The notes under the pieces were generated by a model, which made no database searches, was not told the DNA's origin, and saw only the letters and a program-made list of their open reading frames with translations. From Pseudoalteromonas translucida KMM 520 (lineage in GTDB: Bacteria; Pseudomonadota; Gammaproteobacteria; Enterobacterales; Alteromonadaceae), in the NCBI RefSeq assembly GCF_001465295.1, contig NZ_CP011034.1:2610001-2642000 (forward strand): 32,000 nt of DNA, written 5' to 3'. Within the stretch, counting starts at the first letter, position 1; every line of letters begins with the position of its first letter. The position numbers and the translations under genes are program-made. Of this stretch, positions 1-7,702 are shown in pieces.

Positions 1-795
1 ACCCGCTTTTACAGTAGTGACAACAGTGCTTCACAAAAAATAAATGCCTCTTTTATTTCATTAAATGAGCTTAATAGCTTACCTAAATTTGATGTGTTTT
101 TATTTACGGTAAAAGCTTTTCAGGTGCAAAGCGCATTTGCACAAGTAAAACAGTATTTGCCTCAGCATTGCTCTGTTGTGCTTTCGCATAACGGTATGGG
201 CAATGTAGAACAGTTAAAATGTGAGCTTAATGAGCACCAAGCGCTTTATTTTTTAACGACCAGTATGGCTGGATTTAAATCAAACCAATATATAGTACAG
301 CACACTGGTAATGGGCAAAGTGCAATTGGCGGATGCAATAGCTTAGGCCTTGAAAACAGCAAAATTATGGCGGATCAATTAACTGCAATCCCCCTTTTAA
401 ATGTGTCTCAGAATATTGAGCAGCTACGTTTTAATAAGTTATTAGTTAACATAGCAATAAATCCGTTAAGTGCGCTACATAACATTAAAAATGGTCAGTT
501 GCGCGAGCCTCAATATTGCTCAATTATAATTAACCTACTAACCGAAGCATGTAATATTGCTAAGGCAAAAAACCTTGATGTAACGTTAATCAATGCACTG
601 AGCAGTGCGTATGATGTGATGACACGTACTGCAGAGAACTTCTCATCTATGCAGCAAGATGTTGCTCACAATAGAGCAACCGAAATAATGGCGATTTGTG
701 GGTACATTAGCGAGCAAGGCAAGCTTTATAATATAAAAACCCCTTTTAACGATGAGCTTTTAGCTAAAATTGAAGCAAAAAAAAGCGCGGTATAA
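1..795 (+). CDS. panE: 2-dehydropantoate 2-reductase (ketopantoate reductase), 5' end outside window
   Basis: Frame 1 is open from nt 1, with no stop before the listed Met at 94, so the gene enters from upstream. The product aligns by eye with E. coli PanE/ApbA: LFTVKAFQV~LVTLKAWQV, NGMG, NIAINPLSALHNIKNGQL~VNCVINPLTAIWNCPNGEL, TAENFSSMQQDV~TAENISSMLQDI. Confidence 0.85.
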   Translation, partial: TRFYSSDNSASQKINASFISLNELNSLPKFDVFLFTVKAFQVQSAFAQVKQYLPQHCSVVLSHNGMGNVEQLKCELNEHQALYFLTTSMAGFKSNQYIVQHTGNGQSAIGGCNSLGLENSKIMADQLTAIPLLNVSQNIEQLRFNKLLVNIAINPLSALHNIKNGQLREPQYCSIIINLLTEACNIAKAKNLDVTLINALSSAYDVMTRTAENFSSMQQDVAHNRATEIMAICGYISEQGKLYNIKTPFNDELLAKIEAKKSAV

Positions 796-803
796 ACCAC
801 GCT
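784..803. terminator. weak imperfect hairpin between convergent panE and thiI
   Basis: AGCGCGG (784-790) pairs with CCACGCT (797-803): 7 bp with one mismatch. The 6-nt loop contains the panE stop codon. There is an A-run upstream and T-rich sequence downstream. Confidence 0.3.
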
Positions 804-821
804 ATTTAATATCGTTAACTT

Positions 822-2279
822 TTACGGGCGATATACCTTTACTGTAGTAAAGCCTTGTTCGTGTAAAATAAGCGCTTGTAACTGGCTCATTACACCTCTA
901 TCGCAATACAAGTAATAGTCTTTATCTTTTGGTAAATCACCAAACTTAGTTGCTAAGCGAAAAAACGGCAAATGCACCACTTCTATAGCGTCAATTTCCA
1001 GTGGTGCGGCTTCTTCTTCCTCTGGAGAGCGAATATCAATCACTACTGCACCGGCAGGCAAATCGGCAACCGACTCAGCTTCTTTTAGCTCCTGCTTAGC
1101 TTCTACATCAATATCACGCACATCCATTACTCGTGCGTTTTCTATTACAGTATTAAGAATATCAAAGTCGAACTTCTCTTCTTCTGCTTTAATTACTTCT
1201 ATTTTAGCTTTAACTGTTGGCTTTTTAGAAATAACACCACAGTATTCTGGCATCGTTTCGGCCATTTCGGCCGTACCAATTTGACGTGCAATATTAATAA
1301 TTTCTTGTTTATCGTGTTGAATTAACGGGCGCAAAATAAGAGTTTCGGTTACGCGGTCAATAACACTTAAATTTGCTAATGTTTGGCTAGAAACTTGACC
1401 AATACTTTCACCAGTTACCAAGGCTTGAATATTTAGTTTTTCGGCCACTTTACTGCCTGCGCGCATCATCATGCGTTTAAGCACCACACCCATTTGGCTG
1501 TTTTCAATATTTTCTAATATTTCTGCTACTACAGGTTCAAAATCAACGGTAATAAATTTAACTTTATGAGTTGAGCTGTATTTATTCCACAAGTAGTAGC
1601 TCGCTTGTTTAACACCAATTTCGTGTGCGGCGCCGCCTAAATTGAAAAACAAAAAGTGCGTACGAGCGCCTTTGCGGATCATTTGATAACTGGCTACACC
1701 CGAATCAAAACCGCCAGACATAAGCGATAACACATCTTCTTGTGTTGGCAGCGGGAAGCCTGCCATGCCTAGGTGTGTATGCGATACTATGTAGGCTTTC
1801 TCGTCTTTTATTTCAAGGCGTATTGTTACTTCTGGATGGCTTAGCTTTACGCTTGCACCGGCAACATGCTGATTTAGTCCACCGCCCACATAACGCTCTA
1901 ACTCCGTTGAAGTAAAGTCATGCTTACCAATACGTTTAGCGCGTACACAAAACGTTTTACCTTCAATGGTGTGACCAACTAATTCAATGGTTTTTTTATA
2001 AATATCGTCAAGCGTTTCAAAGCTCGTTTCGGTTACTTCAATAAACTGCACAATACCCGGAATTCGCGCTAGGCTGTCAATAAAAGTGGCACGTGTTTGC
2101 TCACCTTCTAGTAGGGTAACTACTGAGATATTGTCCCAGTTATTTCTAACTTGTACTTTTTCGTCAATACGGCGCAGTACAATCTTAATGTTATTTTCTA
2201 ACACTTTAGTAAAGCGTTTACGAACCGAGCGGCTTTTGATGGCAATTTCAGGATGTAGTTTGACGATAAATTTAAGCAT
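822..2279 (-). CDS. thiI: tRNA 4-thiouridine(8) synthase / thiamine sulfur-transfer protein ThiI
   Basis: The 485-aa product is colinear with E. coli ThiI. Shared features are the N-terminus MLKFIVKLHPEIAIKSRSVR, the PP-loop SGGFDSGV, LGGAAHEIGV, GQVSSQTL, MPEYCGVISK, and a C-terminal rhodanese domain with the Cys in YCDRGVMS ending VKVYRP. Confidence 0.97.
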   Translation of the reverse strand: MLKFIVKLHPEIAIKSRSVRKRFTKVLENNIKIVLRRIDEKVQVRNNWDNISVVTLLEGEQTRATFIDSLARIPGIVQFIEVTETSFETLDDIYKKTIELVGHTIEGKTFCVRAKRIGKHDFTSTELERYVGGGLNQHVAGASVKLSHPEVTIRLEIKDEKAYIVSHTHLGMAGFPLPTQEDVLSLMSGGFDSGVASYQMIRKGARTHFLFFNLGGAAHEIGVKQASYYLWNKYSSTHKVKFITVDFEPVVAEILENIENSQMGVVLKRMMMRAGSKVAEKLNIQALVTGESIGQVSSQTLANLSVIDRVTETLILRPLIQHDKQEIINIARQIGTAEMAETMPEYCGVISKKPTVKAKIEVIKAEEEKFDFDILNTVIENARVMDVRDIDVEAKQELKEAESVADLPAGAVVIDIRSPEEEEAAPLEIDAIEVVHLPFFRLATKFGDLPKDKDYYLYCDRGVMSQLQALILHEQGFTTVKVYRP

Positions 2280-2300
2280 AGTTCACTCTTAGACTGCGGG

Positions 2301-2332
2301 AATTCGCGCTCCCAGGCATTGGGCGCGCGATT
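2301..2332 (-). other. GC-rich imperfect hairpin between the TetR-family gene stop and the thiI start
   Basis: AATTCGCGCTCCCA / TGGGCGCGCGATT folds as a 6-bp stem, a 1x1 mismatch and a 4-bp stem with a 5-nt loop. It is locally much more GC-rich than its surroundings. There is no U-tract on the transcribed (minus) strand, so it is not a canonical intrinsic terminator. Confidence 0.4.
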
Positions 2333-2351
2333 ATAGCAAAAAAATTAACGC

Positions 2352-3020
2352 CTAGGAACTAAGAGCAGCGGGAATACTTGGGGCTGAGTGAGCAAGTTGC
2401 GTGTATTTTTCGCGTAACTGGTTCATTTTATCGCTACTTTTATCTGTACTATAGGCTCTAAATAAAGTTAATACTTTTAAAATACCATGATAAATATCTT
2501 GCTCAGCAAGTGCACCGCTGAGCCTGCGGGCTTTAATATAAGGGGTCCAAAAACTAACTGTTAATTTAAGCGTGTGTGCAAGTTCGAGCGCATCTTGCTC
2601 GTTAATCGCAATCATTTCACTATCGCGTAAACCAAGTATTATTTTACGCACCTGTTCTAAAAGCTCTAGTTGAAAATCAATATAAGCCTGCTTTAGCTGC
2701 GTATCTCGCGCCAAAATATCGCCTAAATTGTCGTAAAAAAAGTGGTAGCGCCACATCAGTTCAAATAACGAATCTAGATATACCGTTAACTGACTAAATG
2801 CATCATCATTTTTATTTATAGGTTTAAAATGAGTGCTCAAGTGCTCACTATACAGCGCAAAAATATGGCGAATAATGTCTTCTTTATTTTTAAAGTGGTA
2901 GTAAAGATTACCCGGGCTCATGTTTAAATGCGAGGCTATATGATTAGTTGATATCGCTCGTTCACCATGCTCATTAAACAATGAAATACTGGTGTGTATT
3001 ATTTTATCCTTGGTATTCAT
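2352..3020 (-). CDS. TetR/AcrR-family transcriptional regulator
   Basis: The N-terminal HTH signature is typical of TetR_N (KIIHTSISLFNEHGERAISTNHIASHLNMSPGNLYYHFKNKEDI), followed by an all-helical C-terminal ligand domain. The ligand and target are unknown. Confidence 0.85.
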   Translation of the reverse strand: MNTKDKIIHTSISLFNEHGERAISTNHIASHLNMSPGNLYYHFKNKEDIIRHIFALYSEHLSTHFKPINKNDDAFSQLTVYLDSLFELMWRYHFFYDNLGDILARDTQLKQAYIDFQLELLEQVRKIILGLRDSEMIAINEQDALELAHTLKLTVSFWTPYIKARRLSGALAEQDIYHGILKVLTLFRAYSTDKSSDKMNQLREKYTQLAHSAPSIPAALSS

Positions 3021-3197
3021 ATACTAACACTCTATTTTATTCAACAAGTTACATTTCGCACAATAAGTTATCTAGTATAAACAAAAACAGCATAATTAAA
3101 CACTCTGTGTAATAGCTTAGTCGTGATAATTAAAGCCACTTACTAGGCTGATTTGTATAAAAAACACTGTTACACTAATGCTAAAAATAATACATAG

Positions 3198-3701
<504 letters not shown>

Positions 3702-3708
3702 ACTAACG

Positions 3709-3729
3709 AGCGCATTACTTAAGTGCGCT
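3709..3729. terminator. weak hairpin between convergent coaD and membrane paralogue 3
   Basis: AGCGCA (3709-3714) pairs with TGCGCT (3724-3729) around a 9-nt loop that contains the stop codon of the minus-strand gene. There is no clear U-tract on either strand. Confidence 0.25.
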
Positions 3730-4239
3730 ATTCAAACTATTAACTCGCATTTTTGTTTTATTATATATCCAGGCTAACCCTAATAAATCTTTATTAATAA
3801 TCAGCACCAAAGCCATTAGTAAGTCAATTGAGATAGTACCTATAACGTATACAGCCCAAAACCACCAATAATCAATATTACCAATAATAACAGTGTCATA
3901 ATGCATGCCTAAAAATAGCATCGCATTAATGCTCATTCCTGTAATTAAATATATAAGTGCCGTAGGGATCGTAAACTTTGTTTTAATACCCCAAATTATT
4001 ACTATTAATATGGTAACAATATCAAACATAAAATAATCTAAATAGGTAACTGTTTTTAAGCTTAGTACTGCACTAGAAGAGTAAGAAACCATCATAATAA
4101 GCGATAGCTGTACCCTACTTTTATCAGGTTTATTAATACTCGACGATAAATTAAATAAAAAGGCGATTAGAAATAGCCAAGTAACAAAGGCGCTTATGTT
4201 TTCACCTAAATCAACAATAAACCTTAAAAAATCAATCAT
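3715..4239 (-). CDS. uncharacterised five-helix membrane protein, paralogue 3 of a tandem triplet
   Basis: 174 aa with about five hydrophobic segments. It shares SAF..W.FL.AF.F, M[YH][YF]D, N.[DE].W[WL].W.VY, IDLLM and [KR]D[FL]LGL with the two upstream genes. Its ATG overlaps the preceding stop (ATGATTGA, 8 nt). I recognise no family. Confidence 0.75.
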   Translation of the reverse strand: MIDFLRFIVDLGENISAFVTWLFLIAFLFNLSSSINKPDKSRVQLSLIMMVSYSSSAVLSLKTVTYLDYFMFDIVTILIVIIWGIKTKFTIPTALIYLITGMSINAMLFLGMHYDTVIIGNIDYWWFWAVYVIGTISIDLLMALVLIINKDLLGLAWIYNKTKMRVNSLNSALK

Positions 4240-4765
4240 TCGAGTTTATACCCACACAGCTATTATCATCTTTGCCTATTAATCTTAGAACAGATGATTT
4301 TAGCTTTATCAAACCCAAAAAGTCTTTATTTATAAAAAGCACTGTAATCATGAGTAAATCGATAACGTTAACGCCAATTGAATAAACACTCCAAAGCCAC
4401 CACTCGTCAATATTATTTAATACATACAAGTCGTAATACATCACTAACATTAACGACGAATTGAGCGTTAAACCAATTAAAATATAATTAATAGCGGGGC
4501 AATTCTTTATTGAAGAGGTTTTAAAGTAAACAATTAATAATACTGTAATTGTTAATAAATCATAAAGAGTAAAATTGAGGTATACATTGCTTAATATAGA
4601 AAGTACTTCACTCATGGAGTACGAGAAAAGCATAATGCCTGCAATATATAAAAGTGACTTATTTGTGTTATTTATACTTGAAGCTAAGCAAAATAAAAAA
4701 GCCATTAAAAAGCCCCATTGAATAAATGCACTTATATAATCGGCCAAAATAAAGTCTACGTACAT
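4232..4765 (-). CDS. uncharacterised five-helix membrane protein, paralogue 2 of a tandem triplet
   Basis: 177 aa with the same helix pattern and motifs (MYYD, NIDEWWLWSVY, VIDLLM, NKDFLGL). It starts 4 nt after the stop of paralogue 1 and has no SD of its own, which suggests translational coupling. Confidence 0.75.
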   Translation of the reverse strand: MYVDFILADYISAFIQWGFLMAFLFCLASSINNTNKSLLYIAGIMLFSYSMSEVLSILSNVYLNFTLYDLLTITVLLIVYFKTSSIKNCPAINYILIGLTLNSSLMLVMYYDLYVLNNIDEWWLWSVYSIGVNVIDLLMITVLFINKDFLGLIKLKSSVLRLIGKDDNSCVGINSND

Positions 4766-4769
4766 ATAA

Positions 4770-5303
4770 TTAAGGGGTATAATTTATTTTAGATTTTTTG
4801 AATAAAGACAAGGTTTTGTTTTTTAGCTTGTGTAAGCCAAGAAAGTCTCGATCGACAATTAGAGCAACTATCATTAATAGATCTATTATATTTACCGAGA
4901 AAGTATAAACATCCCAAAAAAGCCAGGGCTCTCGGTTTCCACTTACATATATATCAAAATACATACATAGGCTAAATATAGAGTTTAGTACTAACCCTAG
5001 AATGATATATAAAAAAGAACAGGTTGTTTTTTTTGTCACGAAATAAGCTAAAGCTAGTATGAAAATAGTCGCATAGTCATATAAAGCCCAATCTAAATAT
5101 ACTGAATTTCGAACTGACAACCAAGTAAAAAAGTAATCTGAGATTGTATACGAAGCCATCATGATAAATGAACTGAGCAATAAGGTTGTATTTCTTTTTA
5201 CACCTAATGAAAAAACAAAGGTGTTAAAAAAAAATGCCATCAAAAACCCCCAAGAGGCAAAAGCTGACAACGAAAACAAACCAAAAAACTCAGTTAGAAA
5301 CAT
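4770..5303 (-). CDS. uncharacterised five-helix membrane protein, paralogue 1 of a tandem triplet
   Basis: 177 aa with the same helix pattern and motifs (MYFD, NREPWLFWDVY, IIDLLM, DRDFLGL). It starts 21 nt after the stop of the small Gln-rich ORF. Confidence 0.75.
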   Translation of the reverse strand: MFLTEFFGLFSLSAFASWGFLMAFFFNTFVFSLGVKRNTTLLLSSFIMMASYTISDYFFTWLSVRNSVYLDWALYDYATIFILALAYFVTKKTTCSFLYIILGLVLNSIFSLCMYFDIYVSGNREPWLFWDVYTFSVNIIDLLMIVALIVDRDFLGLHKLKNKTLSLFKKSKINYTP

Positions 5304-5324
5304 TTAGTACCCATTTATTATCTC

Positions 5325-5516
5325 TTATTTAGGACGAACAACTATCACTCCACCACGCTGAAGTTCTGTACCGCTAGCCGCCATAGCTTCTTGAGAGAAG
5401 CTTACTGTATCAGATTGCAGGGTTTTAGGGCTAGCAGTTTGTTCCATTGCTGGCTTTAATTGTTGCGTTTTATTGTATGCTTGCATTTGTAGTTGGCTGT
5501 TAGCTGAAACTTGCAT
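5325..5516 (-). CDS. small Gln-rich soluble protein (63 aa), unknown function
   Basis: The internal ATG at 5516 is preceded by AAGGAA with a 7-nt spacer (acAAGGAAtaatcacATG). The sigma54 promoter lies inside the longer 124-aa reading of the track, so the short form is favoured. Product: MQVSANSQLQMQAYNKTQQLKPAMEQTASPKTLQSDTVSFSQEAMAASGTELQRGGVIVVRPK. It has 10 Gln, no Cys/Trp/His, and no signal peptide or TM segment. Confidence 0.55.
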   Translation of the reverse strand: MQVSANSQLQMQAYNKTQQLKPAMEQTASPKTLQSDTVSFSQEAMAASGTELQRGGVIVVRPK

Positions 5517-5654
5517 GTGATTATTCCTTGTAAGTGTTTTTGTATTATTGGCGTAATCTTGTATTACACCTTTAAAAGGGGTAATTAAATCTACCTTATA
5601 TTTAGCAGCAACCTTCTCATCAAGACTGTTACTGCATTTTACACTTGTAACAAA

Positions 5655-5670
5655 AGCAACCACTGTGCCA
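5655..5670 (-). promoter_or_regulatory. sigma54 (RpoN) -24/-12 promoter
   Basis: The minus strand reads T-TGGCAC-AGTGG-TTGCT, matching every conserved position of TGGCAC-N5-TTGCW with canonical GG/GC spacing. It lies about 75 nt downstream of the argH(A) terminator and 139 nt upstream of the ATG at 5516. Confidence 0.7.
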
Positions 5671-5741
5671 ACTTTTAATTGACAGTTAAAAATAACCATA
5701 AAACTTTATACTTATACCTAAAGTGAGTGTTTTTTACCCAT

Positions 5742-5774
5742 AAAAAAACGCACGAGGGTAACCCGTACGTTTTT
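5742..5774 (-). terminator. rho-independent terminator of argH(A)
   Basis: The minus-strand RNA is AAAAACGUAC-GGG-uua-CCC-(uc)-GUGCGUUUUUUU: a GC-containing stem with a 2-nt bulge and one G-U pair, followed by 7 U. It starts 14 nt after the argH(A) stop. Confidence 0.7.
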
Positions 5775-5787
5775 ACATCTAGGGAGT

Positions 5788-7653
5788 TTAAGCCACGAAT
5801 TTACACGGGATCTCCGCTTTATTACTTAGCTTTAAAATATATTCCATTGCTACTTCATCGCAGTTTTCTTTACGTAAACAAAGCTCACAATCTTTCATTA
5901 CTTTTTCTGGTAAGCTTTCTTTGGTACAAAAGCTAAAACGCTGTTTTTCAAAAAAATCGGGGACTCGGGTTAGCACTATTACTCTATTTAACGCCAATTT
6001 TTTGGCTTTCGCTAATAAATGCTCAACTAGCTGCCGCCCTTGTCCTGATACTGCGCTTTGTGGATCTATACCCAAAGAACGAATTTCCGCCAAACCTGTG
6101 TCGTAAATATACAGTGAAGCACACCCAGATACTTTACCGTTAATTTCGGTAACAGCAAATTCGTTAATCGAATGCACCATATCGCTTTTAGCGCGTGGTA
6201 GGTTTTCGCCTACCGTAGCCCAATGCTGAACCAGTTTAGCTATCGACTCAACATCGTCTAAATTAGCATCACGAACCGTTATTTGCTGTTTTTTTTTCGC
6301 TGCTTTAATAGCGCTGGTTACTTGTTCAATTGATGTTCCGCCAAGTGCTTGACGCGCTTTAATACAGGCGTCAATTTCTAGTACCGGATAAACATCATCT
6401 GCAAATACATCACTTACCGATTTATATTGCTCAAGCGATAAGTCTTCCAGTGTTTTACCTTCACTAATGGCCAACTGTACCAGCACACCTACAATATGGT
6501 GCCCTTCTCTAAAAGGTACGCCCTTAGCTACTAAGTAGTCAGCAAGCTCAGTTGCATTTGCATGGCCACCTTTTGCCGCTGCAAGTGTACGTTCGCCTTT
6601 TACTTTAATTCCTTTAATACACGCTTGTGCCATATGAATACAGGCAAGCCACGTTGGCATAGCGTCAAATATGCCCTCTTTATCTTCTTGCATATCTTTA
6701 TTATAAGCAAGTGGCAGTGCTTTTAGGGTCATCATCATGGCGCTAAACGCACCAAAAACACGTCCGGTTTTACCACGAATTAGTTCCAGTGCATCAGGGT
6801 TCTTTTTTTGTGGCATTAACGACGAGCCCGATGTCACATTATCTGCAAGCTCTATAAATCCGGCTTCGCCTGAGTTATAAAAAATAAGATCTTCTGACAT
6901 ACGCGATAAGTGAATCATCGAAATAGACGCACAACTTAATAGCTCTACTACAAAATCACGATCAGATACGCCATCAAGGCTATTTTTAGTGGCTCCTGTA
7001 AAGCCTAAACCTTGTGCCAATGCTTGACGATCAATAGGATAAGCCGTACCCGCTAATGCACCACTGCCCAGTGGGCAAAAGTTCATCCGCGCTTTAGCAT
7101 CTTGCAGGCGGCTTTCATCACGCTCTAGCATTTCTACGTAAGCCATACACCAGTGACTAAACAATACCGGTTGTGCACGTTGTAAATGCGTATAACCAGG
7201 TAAAATAGTCCCTAGCTCACGCTCTGCTAATGCAACAAACTCACCCTTTAACTGGGCAATAGCTTTTAAAATATGATCGGCAGTGTCGCGACACCACAAT
7301 CTAAAATCGGTGGCTACTTGGTCATTACGGCTGCGCCCTGTATGTAATTTTTTAGCTAAATCACCTACTTTTTCGATTAACGCAGCTTCAACATGTGAAT
7401 GAATATCTTCTGCGCCTGAAGTTGCTACCGCTTGTGGATCTGCTTTTACTTCTTCAAGCAGTTGGTATAATGCTGCAACTAATTCTTGGTGCTCGTCACT
7501 TGATAACACATTAACTTGCTCAAGTGCGCCAGCCCATGCAACAGAGCCTATAATATCTTGCTCTGCTAATTGATAATCGAAAGGAAGAGAGTCGTTAAAT
7601 TGCTTAAACGCCTCGTCTGGACCCGTAGAAAAACGCCCGCCCCATAATGCCAT
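5788..7653 (-). CDS. argH: bifunctional argininosuccinate lyase fused to a C-terminal GNAT (N-acetylglutamate synthase-like) domain
   Basis: 621 aa. Residues 1 to about 458 are colinear with E. coli ArgH ([46 protein letters not shown] signature). Residues from about 465 to 621 (nt about 5788-6270) form an acetyltransferase fold with the acetyl-CoA motif [12 protein letters not shown]. This argH(A) fusion is described for Moritella and other marine gammaproteobacteria. Confidence 0.93.
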   Translation of the reverse strand: MALWGGRFSTGPDEAFKQFNDSLPFDYQLAEQDIIGSVAWAGALEQVNVLSSDEHQELVAALYQLLEEVKADPQAVATSGAEDIHSHVEAALIEKVGDLAKKLHTGRSRNDQVATDFRLWCRDTADHILKAIAQLKGEFVALAERELGTILPGYTHLQRAQPVLFSHWCMAYVEMLERDESRLQDAKARMNFCPLGSGALAGTAYPIDRQALAQGLGFTGATKNSLDGVSDRDFVVELLSCASISMIHLSRMSEDLIFYNSGEAGFIELADNVTSGSSLMPQKKNPDALELIRGKTGRVFGAFSAMMMTLKALPLAYNKDMQEDKEGIFDAMPTWLACIHMAQACIKGIKVKGERTLAAAKGGHANATELADYLVAKGVPFREGHHIVGVLVQLAISEGKTLEDLSLEQYKSVSDVFADDVYPVLEIDACIKARQALGGTSIEQVTSAIKAAKKKQQITVRDANLDDVESIAKLVQHWATVGENLPRAKSDMVHSINEFAVTEINGKVSGCASLYIYDTGLAEIRSLGIDPQSAVSGQGRQLVEHLLAKAKKLALNRVIVLTRVPDFFEKQRFSFCTKESLPEKVMKDCELCLRKENCDEVAMEYILKLSNKAEIPCKFVA

Positions 7654-7676
7654 GAAATCTCTCCAAACCCGATATT

Positions 7677-7695
7677 GCCCCTTTTAACAAGGGGC
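7677..7695 (-). other. intercistronic GC hairpin between argG and argH
   Basis: GCCCCTT (7677-7683) pairs with AAGGGGC (7689-7695): a perfect 7-bp stem with a 5-nt loop. There is no U-tract on the minus strand, so it is more likely a processing or stability element, or a partial attenuator, than a terminator. Confidence 0.45.
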
Positions 7696-7702
7696 GTAAA
7701 AA

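Noticed and set aside
2059-2310. Exact 12-mer GGAATTCGCGCT present twice (2059-2070 inside thiI and 2299-2310 in the spacer hairpin)
   Set aside because: By a rough pair-count estimate (N^2/2 divided by 4^12), a 32-kb window is expected to contain tens of chance 12-mer duplicates. The flanks do not extend the match, so there is no evidence of a repeat element.
5325-5516. Possible identity of the small Gln-rich protein as the anti-sigma-28 factor FlgM (the DTVSFSQEA segment resembles the D-x-V-x-LS-x-x-A stretch of FlgM proteins)
   Set aside because: The protein ends 20 residues after that segment and lacks the C-terminal sigma28-binding helices that define FlgM. No flagellar genes are adjacent. 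The resemblance is a short low-complexity match only.
5517-5699. N-terminal 61 codons of the 124-aa track ORF (start 5699, MVIFNCQLKVGTV...)
   Set aside because: The extension has no SD and contains the consensus sigma54 promoter (5670-5655) on the same strand. It begins only about 45 nt after the argH(A) terminator. The internal ATG at 5516 has a well-spaced AAGGAA SD. The extension is most likely untranslated leader.
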